64,000 nucleotides of DNA, from positions 1,376,001-1,440,000 of the forward strand of contig CAVYGN010000002.1 in assembly GCA_963768055.1 (NCBI GenBank), read 5' to 3'. Positions 37,442 to 46,736 of this stretch are shown piece by piece; position 1 is the stretch's first letter, and each line of letters opens with the position of its first letter. The notes beneath the pieces were generated by a model, which saw only the letters and a list, made by a program, of their open reading frames with translations, ran no database searches and was not told the DNA's origin. The position numbers and the translations under genes are program-made. Source of the DNA: an uncultured Spirochaetota bacterium (GTDB taxonomy: Bacteria; Spirochaetota; Brevinematia; Brevinematales; JAOACQ01).

Positions 37442-37984
37442 ATGAATATTTCTTTGCAGGCTTCGGTTGTGCGAAAGCTGATTGAAAAAAAACTTAAAAT
37501 ATCCACAGCCGAGTCATGCACGGGCGGGCTGCTTTCAAAACTGCTTACCGATGTTCCAGGGTCGTCAGAAGTATTTATGGGCGGGGTCGTCGCTTATGAT
37601 AACAGCGTGAAAAAAAGACTGCTCGACGTTCCTGAAAAATTATTAAAAAGTTACGGGGCTGTTAGTTTCGAATGCGCCGCTGCGATGGCCGGCGGTCTTA
37701 AATCATCAATCCCATCCGATCTTCATGTATCGATAACAGGGATCGCGGGCCCGGGAGGAGGAACAAAGGAAAAACCTGTAGGTATGGTGTTCATCGGAAT
37801 TGCCGTGAAAAAAAGAACGACTGTATTCAGGTGTTTTTTCAGAGGGGCGAGAGAGACCATCAGGAAATCCTCAGCGAGAAAAGCGCTTGAACTTATTCTG
37901 GAGGAACTTATATCCGGTGATCCGGGCAGAAACGGCGGGGATGGGATTGTTGAAAAAAGATTATATAAACTGCGCTCGAAATGA
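37442..37984 (+). CDS. pncC: CinA C-terminal domain / NMN amidohydrolase
   Basis: TAESCTGG, PGSS, GAVS, SITGIAGPGGG, KPVG.V. Confidence 0.9.
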   Translation: MNISLQASVVRKLIEKKLKISTAESCTGGLLSKLLTDVPGSSEVFMGGVVAYDNSVKKRLLDVPEKLLKSYGAVSFECAAAMAGGLKSSIPSDLHVSITGIAGPGGGTKEKPVGMVFIGIAVKKRTTVFRCFFRGARETIRKSSARKALELILEELISGDPGRNGGDGIVEKRLYKLRSK

Positions 37985-38068
37985 CACCTTGTTGATTTAA
38001 ATCTTATATATAGTGGATGAAATAATTGATTCATGTCATAATCTAAACTCTTGCATCGGGAGAATTAA

Positions 38069-38386
38069 ATGAAACTATTGAAATATATCTTATTTATTGC
38101 CGGGATCGTTATAGTAGAATGTTCCATAGTATACGGCCTTTATTTTTTCGCCGGTATGTCAAAATCCCTTTATGTGCTCTTTTCTTCAGCCGTTATACTC
38201 TTTATTGTATTTTACCTTATTTATGGGAGATACAGGGAAGAAATCAAGATAAGGCATAAAAACGAGGTCAGGAAAAAATATTTTAAGAGGGCCTTTTCTA
38301 TCGTTATATTTATTTGCGTGCTGACAGCCGGAGCGATTTTAATTTCCGGATCGCTGTTCCTGGTATCAAGAGCATTCAGAGGATGA
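38069..38386 (+). CDS. Small hypothetical membrane protein (3 TM)
   Basis: GGAGA RBS, three hydrophobic segments, abuts prmC. Confidence 0.6.
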   Translation: MKLLKYILFIAGIVIVECSIVYGLYFFAGMSKSLYVLFSSAVILFIVFYLIYGRYREEIKIRHKNEVRKKYFKRAFSIVIFICVLTAGAILISGSLFLVSRAFRG

Positions 38387-39229
38387 ATGACGGCAGGAGA
38401 AATATATAACAGCTTCAAGGCTTATCTTGAAAATCGGGGCATACCTGACCCGGGAACCGATGCTCTTTATATTATATCCCATCACCTCGGTTTGAAACCT
38501 TACGAGATCTTTTTAAAAAGAAATTTGAAAGTTCCGCTACTGACAATGGCTTTAATCAAACATTCAATGATAGAAAGGGGAAGGTCTAAACCGGTTGCTT
38601 ATATCCTGGGCTATAAATATTTTTACCTGGATAAATTTATCGTTAATTCAGGAACCATTATACCAAGGTCCGATTCAGAACATCTTATTTATGCCGCCGA
38701 AGAGCTTCAGTCTGATTTTAAAAATATTATCGATATCGGCACCGGCAGCGGGGCTCTGGCTGTATCACTTTCCAGGATAAACCCCTCTTCCCGTATAACG
38801 GCTATTGATATAGATATAGGGGTTGCCGCTCAAAATATCAAAAGGCTTGGGGCTAAAAATATCACTCTTATAAAATCGGATTTTCTGAAAAACCGGGACG
38901 GAATAAAGGGAAACAGGACCTTTTGTTACGACCTGATAGTTTCAAATCCGCCCTATCTTTCCATGGAGGATATGAAAAAATTCTCAGGGACCCTTTGTTA
39001 CGAACCGTTCAGGGCTTTTTACGGGGGTGAAAACGGCCTGGCTTTTTATTGTGCGATTTCAGAGTTCGCTAAGGCGGGATTATTGAAAGGCGGGTTTATT
39101 ATAATTGAGATCGGCTACAAGTGGCCTGAAGTCATGAAAATATTCGAAGACCATGGGTTTTCAATAATCGGTATCAGGAAAGATTACGGCGGCCTTGAAA
39201 GGGTAATGGTGATAAGAAAGGATTTTTGA
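38387..39229 (+). CDS. prmC: Release factor glutamine methyltransferase
   Basis: PVAYILG, IPR..SE, DIGTGSG, VSNPPY, GG.NGL. Confidence 0.9.
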   Translation: MTAGEIYNSFKAYLENRGIPDPGTDALYIISHHLGLKPYEIFLKRNLKVPLLTMALIKHSMIERGRSKPVAYILGYKYFYLDKFIVNSGTIIPRSDSEHLIYAAEELQSDFKNIIDIGTGSGALAVSLSRINPSSRITAIDIDIGVAAQNIKRLGAKNITLIKSDFLKNRDGIKGNRTFCYDLIVSNPPYLSMEDMKKFSGTLCYEPFRAFYGGENGLAFYCAISEFAKAGLLKGGFIIIEIGYKWPEVMKIFEDHGFSIIGIRKDYGGLERVMVIRKDF

Positions 39230-39308
39230 GTGGAAGAAATCAATGAAATAAGTGCAATCTTTGATTACAACCTGCAATATAATGTATAATGTTATTGGAG
39301 GTTCGGGC

Positions 39309-39896
39309 ATGCGTTTCACTATCGCTTCGGTGTTTTTATTATGGATTATGATATTTTCACAGGTATTCACTCAAAGTGAAACCAATACTAATTCTAATAT
39401 CAACGGTTTCGGGATAGGGATCAACGCCGAATTTAATTGGAACCAGCTTCCCAATGATAATAGAATTGGAATATCGGCGAACACTCCCTTCTTTCTGGAC
39501 CGCTGGGTGGCGCTGAGGTTTGAAGCCGACTATGGACTTATAAGGGGAATACCCGCAACCAATACTTTATCGAATTCTATCTGGGCTAATTATTATGCCT
39601 TTAAAGCAGGAATAGTCGTTGCGGCTAACAGGAGATCGGATATTATAAGGCCTTTTATCGAGACAGGATTTATCTACATCATTCCAAACAGTTCGTTTAC
39701 AAGCGATACTTCCGCATGGGGCATATACGGGGTCTTCGGACTCGATGTAATTTTTCCCGGCGACTTTTCAGGCTACTTTTTTGAAATAGGGGGGACGGGC
39801 CTGCTTTCGCCCGGCGGATATGCGGACCAATATAAGGGTCTTATGCCATATGCAACGGGTTTGAATATAGTGCTCGGCTGGCGTTTTTATTTATGA
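39309..39896 (+). CDS. Outer-membrane beta-barrel hypothetical protein
   Basis: Signal peptide, GFGIG and amphipathic strands, C-terminal LGWRFYL; start after GGAGG. Confidence 0.65.
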   Translation: MRFTIASVFLLWIMIFSQVFTQSETNTNSNINGFGIGINAEFNWNQLPNDNRIGISANTPFFLDRWVALRFEADYGLIRGIPATNTLSNSIWANYYAFKAGIVVAANRRSDIIRPFIETGFIYIIPNSSFTSDTSAWGIYGVFGLDVIFPGDFSGYFFEIGGTGLLSPGGYADQYKGLMPYATGLNIVLGWRFYL

Positions 39897-40906
39897 AAGG
39901 TAAGAAAACAGCGGTTTTCAGGGACATTTTACACAATTATAACGAATTGAAAGAAGCTTCCGATTTGATCAAAAACGGAGGAACCGTAGTATTTCCGACT
40001 GAAACCGTTTACGGGCTCGGAGCGGATGCATACAACAGCGAGGCTGTTAGAAAAATTTTTCTTGCCAAGGGGAGGCCGCCGGATAATCCCCTTATAACCC
40101 ATATCGCAGATATCGATGATCTTCATCTCACAGCTTCAGATATACCAGCGGCGGCTTATTTTCTTTTCGAGAAATTTTCACCGGGTCCTTTGACCCTGAT
40201 CCTGAAAAAAAACGACCGCATTTCAGACCTGGCCACGGCCGGGCTTTCAACTGTTGCGGTAAGAATACCCTCTCATGCCGCTGCACGTGCTCTGATTAAA
40301 TCAAGCGGCGTGCCTATCGCGGCTCCCTCGGCGAACAGGTCCGGCCGGCCAAGCCCCACTACATTCGATATGACTATGACCGATATGGATGGAAGAGTTG
40401 ACGCCGTTATCGACGGGGGCGACTGTGAAATAGGGCTCGAATCTACAGTAATTCTGATAAAAGAAAAGTCGATCGGGATCGTCCGGCCCGGGGCCGTAAC
40501 GGAAGAAATGATTGAAAGATCTATCGAATCACTTCCCGGTTATAAAATTATGCATTCCTATTTAAAGAAAAAGGAACCGGTATCCCCGGGAATGAAATAT
40601 ATTCATTATAAACCGAAAGCGGAGGTCTACCTGTCATTAAATGCCGATATTGATAAGATTACCGGAAATTTTCCGGGAAAAAAGGTCGGCGTCATCTCAA
40701 TCGGGGACGTATCTATATATAGATCGAAACCGGAGGTTCTCAGTTTCGGGACCCTTGGCGAATACGCAAGGGGGCTTTACAAAAGTTTCACTATGCTCGA
40801 CGGCCTCGGGTGCGATATCATAGTGGCCCAAACGGTTGAGCAGAAAGGTCTCGGCAGGGCTATTATGAACCGCCTGAACAAGGCAAGCGGCGGGAAAACG
40901 ATATGA
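39893..40906 (+). CDS. sua5: L-threonylcarbamoyladenylate synthase (Sua5 type)
   Basis: PTETVYGLGA, KGRPPDNPLI.H, PSANRSG, G.ESTV, PGMKY.HY, AIMNRL.KA. Confidence 0.95.
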   Translation: MKGKKTAVFRDILHNYNELKEASDLIKNGGTVVFPTETVYGLGADAYNSEAVRKIFLAKGRPPDNPLITHIADIDDLHLTASDIPAAAYFLFEKFSPGPLTLILKKNDRISDLATAGLSTVAVRIPSHAAARALIKSSGVPIAAPSANRSGRPSPTTFDMTMTDMDGRVDAVIDGGDCEIGLESTVILIKEKSIGIVRPGAVTEEMIERSIESLPGYKIMHSYLKKKEPVSPGMKYIHYKPKAEVYLSLNADIDKITGNFPGKKVGVISIGDVSIYRSKPEVLSFGTLGEYARGLYKSFTMLDGLGCDIIVAQTVEQKGLGRAIMNRLNKASGGKTI

Positions 40907-40919
40907 GGAGGAATCCCTT

Positions 40920-41131
40920 ATGGGCGCCGGGCAGGAAAAAACGATACCATTTTCACCCCCTGATATTACAGCTATTCGATCGATCTTCCGGGATATAAAT
41001 ACAATATGACCGATATACAGGCCGCGCTGGGAATAGTCCAGTTATCAAGATATGAAAATCTGCGCGAAGAGGACGCCCGTCTGGTTTGCAGCGAACTGTG
41101 CGGGGCGCTTGAAAAGGTGCTTGGCGAATGA
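40920..41131 (+). pseudogene. Relic of a DegT/DnrJ/EryC1/StrS sugar aminotransferase
   Basis: GAGGAGG-ATG...IPFSPPDIT in one frame, then LPGYKYNMTDIQAALGIVQLSR and a C-terminal-like helix in another frame, ending in an ATGA overlap with tsaD. Confidence 0.8.
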
Positions 41132-42162
41132 AAATACTCGGCATAGAAACGTCATGTGACGAAACTTCTGCGGCCGTCGTTCTCGACGGACTGACCATAC
41201 TATCGAATGTTGTTTATTCCCAGGTTGAAATCCATAAAGCCTATGACGGCGTAGTGCCGGAGATAGCATCAAGGAACCATATTATCAAAATACTCGAGGT
41301 ACTCGACGGGGCGTTAAAGGATATACCGCTCAAGGATATTGACGCGATTGCGGTCACTAACGGGCCCGGGCTTATAGGAAGCCTTCTTGTGGGCTTATCG
41401 GCCGCTAAGGGAATTGCCTTTTCACTTTCTAAACCTGTTATACCGGTTAATCATATCGAAGCCCATATGTATGCGCCCCATCTTTTTAATAATATCGACT
41501 TTCCCTATATCGGGCTTGTGGCTTCCGGCGGCCATACACTCCTGTACCTTGTGAATGGTTTTAACGCTCTCGAGCTTATCGGTACGACTATCGATGACGC
41601 CGTAGGGGAAGCGTACGATAAAGTGGCAAAACTGCTGGGCCTGGGTTATCCCGGAGGACCGGTTATCGATTCCCTCGCGAGGGCGGGAAATCCGGAGTTC
41701 GATGAATTCTCCGACATGCCCAGGATCCTGCCGGATACTGAAAAGGACAGGTATAATTTCAGCTACAGCGGGCTTAAAACCGCCATTGCTTACAGGCTTA
41801 AAAGGATTGAAAACTTAAAAGGGTTTAACCTGGAAGATGTGAAAAAAGATATAGCGGCGGTTTTTCAGAAAACTGCTATAGAATTACTCTGCCGGAAGGC
41901 TAAAAACGCCCTCAGGGATTTTAATATTCAGAGGCTGTCTGTTTCGGGCGGTGTCGCGGCCAATTCGCTTTTAAGGGAGGAGCTTATTAAACTGAAAAAC
42001 GAGGGGATCGAGGTTTATACCGCCCCTGTCGAATACTGCTCCGATAACGCGGCCATGGTTGCGGGGAGGGGCTACCGGGATTATATGGCCGGCAGGACCG
42101 GTGATTTGAGGACCGAGGCCTTCTCGAGGCTGCCGGCGGTTAAAAAGGGCAAACGCCTGTAA
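41128..42162 (+). CDS. tsaD: tRNA N6-adenosine threonylcarbamoyltransferase
   Basis: LGIETSCDET, VVPEIASR.H, HIEAH, SGGHT, DDAVGEAYDK, FSYSGLKT, DNAAMVA. Confidence 0.97.
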   Translation: MKILGIETSCDETSAAVVLDGLTILSNVVYSQVEIHKAYDGVVPEIASRNHIIKILEVLDGALKDIPLKDIDAIAVTNGPGLIGSLLVGLSAAKGIAFSLSKPVIPVNHIEAHMYAPHLFNNIDFPYIGLVASGGHTLLYLVNGFNALELIGTTIDDAVGEAYDKVAKLLGLGYPGGPVIDSLARAGNPEFDEFSDMPRILPDTEKDRYNFSYSGLKTAIAYRLKRIENLKGFNLEDVKKDIAAVFQKTAIELLCRKAKNALRDFNIQRLSVSGGVAANSLLREELIKLKNEGIEVYTAPVEYCSDNAAMVAGRGYRDYMAGRTGDLRTEAFSRLPAVKKGKRL

Positions 42163-42359
42163 AAAAATTTGACTTTTTTGATCCGGAATGTTTAAAATTA
42201 AAGTAAATAGTTTTACGGGCCCGGAAGCCGGATTATGATGTCAAACGTGCCATAGAAAAACTTCTCTTAGTGCCGGTTGGTATTCCTGTAAAAAGATAAA
42301 ATAAATTTACAAGAATATCATGAAATAAATCATCCATGAGGATAAGAGGAGGTCTCGGT

Positions 42360-44063
42360 ATGGCGGGCGACATTATTTTTGCTATTATATTTTTTGCAGT
42401 CATGGTAATTCTGGCGATTTTTGTCGGTAAATTCATGGCCAGGGTTTTCGAAGGCGGGAGGACTTTCCTATCGCCTGTCTTTTCACCTCTTGAAAAATCG
42501 ATTTACAGGATTTGCGGTATCGATCCCTCCGAGGAAATGGGCTGGAAAAGGTACGCGCTCGCTCTTGTATGGTTTAATTTAGCCGGTTTTTTACTTCTTT
42601 TCATAATCCAGCTCGCACAGGGATTACTTCCCTTCAACCCCCAGAAATTCGGGCCTGTCCGCTGGGACACGGCTCTGAATACGGCGATCTCCTTCATGAC
42701 GAACACAAACTGGCAGGCTTACGCGGGAGAAAGCACTCTGAGCTACTTTACCCAGATGGCGGGCCTTACAGTTCAAAATTTTGTTTCCGCTGCTACGGGT
42801 TTCGGAGCTATGCTTGCGCTTTTCCGGGGTTTTACGCGCAAGAACGCGGATAATATAGGGAATTTCTGGGTCGATATGACCAGGACAGTCCTATATGTCC
42901 TTATTCCCCTGTCGATAATCTGGGCTTTAATACTGGCCTCCCAGGGAGTCATACAAACATTAGGCGGCTATGTTAATGCATTGCCCCTTCAGGGGCACCA
43001 GCAGATGATCGCGATGGGGCCGGTCGCGTCCCAGGAAGCCATCAAGATGCTGGGATCGAACGGGGGCGGTTTTTTCAATGTCAACTCGGCCCACCCATTT
43101 GAGAATCCGAACTGGTTTACTAATTTTCTCGAGGACCTGGCAATTGTCCTTCTCCCCGCGGCTTTTCCCTTTACAATGGGTTACATGTTCAAAAGCCGGA
43201 GAAAAGGGGCCGCCATGTTCATGGCGATGTTCGTCCTTCTGATCGCCGGGCTTATATTTTCGGTTTATACAGAGTATAAGGGCAGTCCTATTTTAAAAAC
43301 AGCCGGGATAGTCCATGGGGTCAATATGGAGGGCAAGGAAACCCGCTTCGGCGTATTCGCCTCCGTGTTATGGGGGGTAACGACCACGGCCGTAGCTAAC
43401 GGGTCGGTCAATGCGATGCATGACAGTTTCCTGCCTCTTACAGCCCTGGTCCCGATGTTCAACATGCTTATCGGAGAGGTGATTTTCGGCGGAGTAGGTG
43501 TGGGGATAATCGGAATGCTGTTCTACGCATTTATGACCATGTTCCTGGCCGGGCTGATGATAGGGCGGACGCCCGAGATATATAATAAGAAGCTTGAAGT
43601 ACGCGAGATGGTATGGACGCTGGTCGGGATAATTACCGGCCCTCTCTGCGCACTTATTTTTACGGCAATAGCCTGCGTCCTTCCCGGCGGCCTTTCAAGT
43701 CTTAACAACGGCGGGCCTCATGGGTTTTCCGAAATACTTTACGCCTTCGCTTCCGCTCATGGGAATAACGGTTCGGCCTTCGCCGGGCTTAACGCCAATA
43801 CCGTATTTTACAACCTTATGACCGGCGCAGCCATGCTGATCGGTCGCACGGCGACGATAATTCCGGCGCTTGCAATTGCCGGGTCGCTGGCGAAAAAGAA
43901 ATACATACCGGACACTTCAGCCACATTTCAGACATCGACGCCTCTTTATGTCATAATGCTGGTATCGGTCGTGGTGATTTTCGGCGGACTGACATTTTTC
44001 ATACCGTTCGTGATCGGCCCCGTACTTGACCATATTTTCATGAACGCATGGCAATTGTATTAA
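42360..44063 (+). CDS. kdpA: K+-transporting ATPase subunit A
   Basis: NTNWQAY, NGGGFF, EGKETRFG, NNGSAFAG; start at 42360 after GAGGAGG. Confidence 0.96.
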   Translation: MAGDIIFAIIFFAVMVILAIFVGKFMARVFEGGRTFLSPVFSPLEKSIYRICGIDPSEEMGWKRYALALVWFNLAGFLLLFIIQLAQGLLPFNPQKFGPVRWDTALNTAISFMTNTNWQAYAGESTLSYFTQMAGLTVQNFVSAATGFGAMLALFRGFTRKNADNIGNFWVDMTRTVLYVLIPLSIIWALILASQGVIQTLGGYVNALPLQGHQQMIAMGPVASQEAIKMLGSNGGGFFNVNSAHPFENPNWFTNFLEDLAIVLLPAAFPFTMGYMFKSRRKGAAMFMAMFVLLIAGLIFSVYTEYKGSPILKTAGIVHGVNMEGKETRFGVFASVLWGVTTTAVANGSVNAMHDSFLPLTALVPMFNMLIGEVIFGGVGVGIIGMLFYAFMTMFLAGLMIGRTPEIYNKKLEVREMVWTLVGIITGPLCALIFTAIACVLPGGLSSLNNGGPHGFSEILYAFASAHGNNGSAFAGLNANTVFYNLMTGAAMLIGRTATIIPALAIAGSLAKKKYIPDTSATFQTSTPLYVIMLVSVVVIFGGLTFFIPFVIGPVLDHIFMNAWQLY

Positions 44064-44075
44064 CGGAGGAAGAAT

Positions 44076-46136
44076 ATGACAAGCGATAAAATGAAGAAAA
44101 TAGACTGGAAGCCTGTACTGCTTGACGCGTTAAAGGAATCGTTCGTAAGGCTCAACCCTTACCTCATGCTGAGGAATATAGTCATGTTCGTCGTGGAATT
44201 AGGTGCTATAGTTACAACCATCATTACTATAGTCAATATTATAAATAGCCAGCCTTATTCATTTAACCTCAATATCAGCCTGTGGCTGTGGTTTACAGTG
44301 GTCTTTTCAAACTTCGCCGAGGCTGTCGCGGAAAGCCGGGGAAAGGCGCAGACAGAGGCCCTTAAAAGCACCCGGAGCACGCTTACAGCCGGCAAGGTTG
44401 CCGAAAAATCCACAATCGACAATCCCGGGGAAATAACGGAAGTTCCGGCGCTAAATCTGAAGAAGGGCGATTATATCCTTATCAGGAAGGGCGAACTTAT
44501 AGCCGGTGACGGCGAGATAGTACAGGGCACGGCCCTTGTGGATGAATCGGCTATTACCGGCGAATCGGCCCCCGTTATAAGGGAATCGGGCGGGGACAGG
44601 AGCGGCGTCACGGGCGGCACGCGTATTATCGAAGGGACCCTGAAAGTGGAAATTACCACCAACCCCGGGGAAAGTTTCCTGGACACGATGATCTCGATGG
44701 TGGAAAGCGCTAAAAGGCAAAAAACGCCTAACGAGATAGCCCTTGAAATCCTTCTTATAGCTCTTACGATACTTTTCATAGTTGTAGTCGGAACTTTGAT
44801 CCCTTATGATAAATATACCGGGGTCACCGGGGTTTACGTGGGCATTCCGGTTTTAATCTCTCTGCTCGTTTGTCTTATGCCTACAACAATCGGGGCGCTG
44901 CTCCCGGCTATAGGTATCGCCGGCATGGACAGGCTTATTGAAAAAAATGTTATTGCGTTTTCAGGCCGGGCGGTGGAAGCGTCGGGGGATGTAAGCATAG
45001 TTCTCCTTGATAAAACAGGAACAATAACCCTTGGGAACCGTATGGCCAAAAAATTCATACCCGCCGACGGCGTTTCAATGGAAGAACTTGCCAGGAAAGC
45101 CCTTTACGCCTCCCTGGCTGATGAAACGCCGGAAGGGAGAAGCATATTAGGCCTTGCAAAAGAAACCCTCAATATAAGAGGCAGGGATATTACCGACTAT
45201 GACCACTATAAATTCATCCCCTTTACTCCCGAGAGCAGGATGAGCGGTGTGGATATGAACGGCGTCCAGGTCTGGAAGGGTTCGTTTGAAGCAATTGAAG
45301 AGCATATAACATCCAGGGGCGGAAAAGTACCCGGCGAGGTCAAAGCAAGCGTGAGGTCCATATCGGAAAAGGGAGGCACCCCGCTGGTCGTTGCCGAGGA
45401 AAAGAGGGTCCTCGGAGTCATCCGGCTTACAGACATACTGAAGGTCGGGATCAGCGAGAGGCTCACGCACCTTCGTAAAATGGGCATCAAATCCGTTATG
45501 ATCACAGGCGACAACCAGCTGACCGCTGCATCGATAGCTGCCGAAGCGGGTATCGACGATTTTGTGGCCCAGGCCAGGCCCGAGGCGAAGCTTGAATTGA
45601 TACGCAAATACCAGGCCGAGGGTTACCTCGTGGCTATGATCGGCGACGGAACGAACGACGCCCCGGCGCTTGCCCAGGCTGATGTTGCCGTTGCGATGAA
45701 CGCGGGCACCCAGGTGGCCAGGGAGGCGTCCAACATGATCGACCTCGATTCGAACCCCACCAAACTCCTCGATATCGTCGAAATAGGCAAGGAAATCCTG
45801 ATAACTAGGGGAGCCATGACCACTTTCAGTATTGCCAACGACGTATCCAAATACTTCGCAATCGTACCGGCAATGTTCATGGTCGCTTTCCCGGCGCTCG
45901 GGTTTTTGAATATAATGCAATTATCAACTCCTTTATCTGCCGTGCTTTCTGCCGTCATTTTCAACGCTATAATTATTCCTATGCTGATCCCGCTTTCGCT
46001 TCGGGGAGTTAAATATAAAACCCAGTCTCCCGCGTCGCTTCTGGCAAGAAATCTTTTGATTTATGGTCTTGGCGGCGTGATACTGCCTTTCCCCGGGATC
46101 AAGCTCATCGACATGATCCTGAATTTGTTTAAATAG
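44076..46136 (+). CDS. kdpB: K+-transporting ATPase subunit B
   Basis: TGES, PTTIG, DKTGT, TGDN, GDGTND. Confidence 0.97.
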   Translation: MTSDKMKKIDWKPVLLDALKESFVRLNPYLMLRNIVMFVVELGAIVTTIITIVNIINSQPYSFNLNISLWLWFTVVFSNFAEAVAESRGKAQTEALKSTRSTLTAGKVAEKSTIDNPGEITEVPALNLKKGDYILIRKGELIAGDGEIVQGTALVDESAITGESAPVIRESGGDRSGVTGGTRIIEGTLKVEITTNPGESFLDTMISMVESAKRQKTPNEIALEILLIALTILFIVVVGTLIPYDKYTGVTGVYVGIPVLISLLVCLMPTTIGALLPAIGIAGMDRLIEKNVIAFSGRAVEASGDVSIVLLDKTGTITLGNRMAKKFIPADGVSMEELARKALYASLADETPEGRSILGLAKETLNIRGRDITDYDHYKFIPFTPESRMSGVDMNGVQVWKGSFEAIEEHITSRGGKVPGEVKASVRSISEKGGTPLVVAEEKRVLGVIRLTDILKVGISERLTHLRKMGIKSVMITGDNQLTAASIAAEAGIDDFVAQARPEAKLELIRKYQAEGYLVAMIGDGTNDAPALAQADVAVAMNAGTQVAREASNMIDLDSNPTKLLDIVEIGKEILITRGAMTTFSIANDVSKYFAIVPAMFMVAFPALGFLNIMQLSTPLSAVLSAVIFNAIIIPMLIPLSLRGVKYKTQSPASLLARNLLIYGLGGVILPFPGIKLIDMILNLFK

Positions 46137-46145
46137 GAGAATAAT

Positions 46146-46709
46146 ATGAAATTATTGATACAGTCCGTTCTCATGCTGGTAGTATTTACCGCCCTTACAG
46201 GTTTTTTCTATCCCCTGTTCATAACCCTTGTCGCTCAGACGGCGTTCAATCGCCAGGCAAACGGGAGCCTTGTGATGGTAAACGGTAAAATTATCGGGTC
46301 CGAACTTATCGGCCAGCCGGTTACCAATGATGCATATTTTACAGGGAGGCCGTCTGAGTGCGATTATGACGCGACTAATTCGGGCGCGTATAATTACGGC
46401 CCGGCCAGTTCAAACCTTATTGTTATGGTTAACGCCCGGATATCGGACGCTATGAATAAATACGGCCTCGCCCCGGGCACTGCCATCCCTTCCGATATGG
46501 TGACGGCTTCAGCCAGCGGCCTGGACCCTGACATAAGCATAGAAAATGCTGCGATCCAGGCAAAAAAGATATCCGCGTTAAGGCATATCCCCATCGAAAA
46601 GATTATGATGATCATCTCCAATACAATGGATTCAAGGGTGATGGATTTCTGGGGGATAGATAAAGTGAATGTACTTAAATTAAACCTCGCCCTGGGTGGA
46701 TTGAAATAA
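46146..46709 (+). CDS. kdpC: K+-transporting ATPase subunit C
   Basis: GSELIGQ, YF.GRPS, VTASASGLDPDIS, VNVLKLNLAL. Confidence 0.95.
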   Translation: MKLLIQSVLMLVVFTALTGFFYPLFITLVAQTAFNRQANGSLVMVNGKIIGSELIGQPVTNDAYFTGRPSECDYDATNSGAYNYGPASSNLIVMVNARISDAMNKYGLAPGTAIPSDMVTASASGLDPDISIENAAIQAKKISALRHIPIEKIMMIISNTMDSRVMDFWGIDKVNVLKLNLALGGLK

Positions 46710-46736
46710 CTTAGTTACGATTTTGGAGGCGGCATT

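Noticed and set aside
33803..42162. Functional link between the carbamoyltransferase (Kae1+YrdC-like domains) and nearby sua5/tsaD
   Set aside because: Opposite strand and separated by unrelated genes; sua5 and tsaD are explained by t6A synthesis, so the proximity is likely coincidental.
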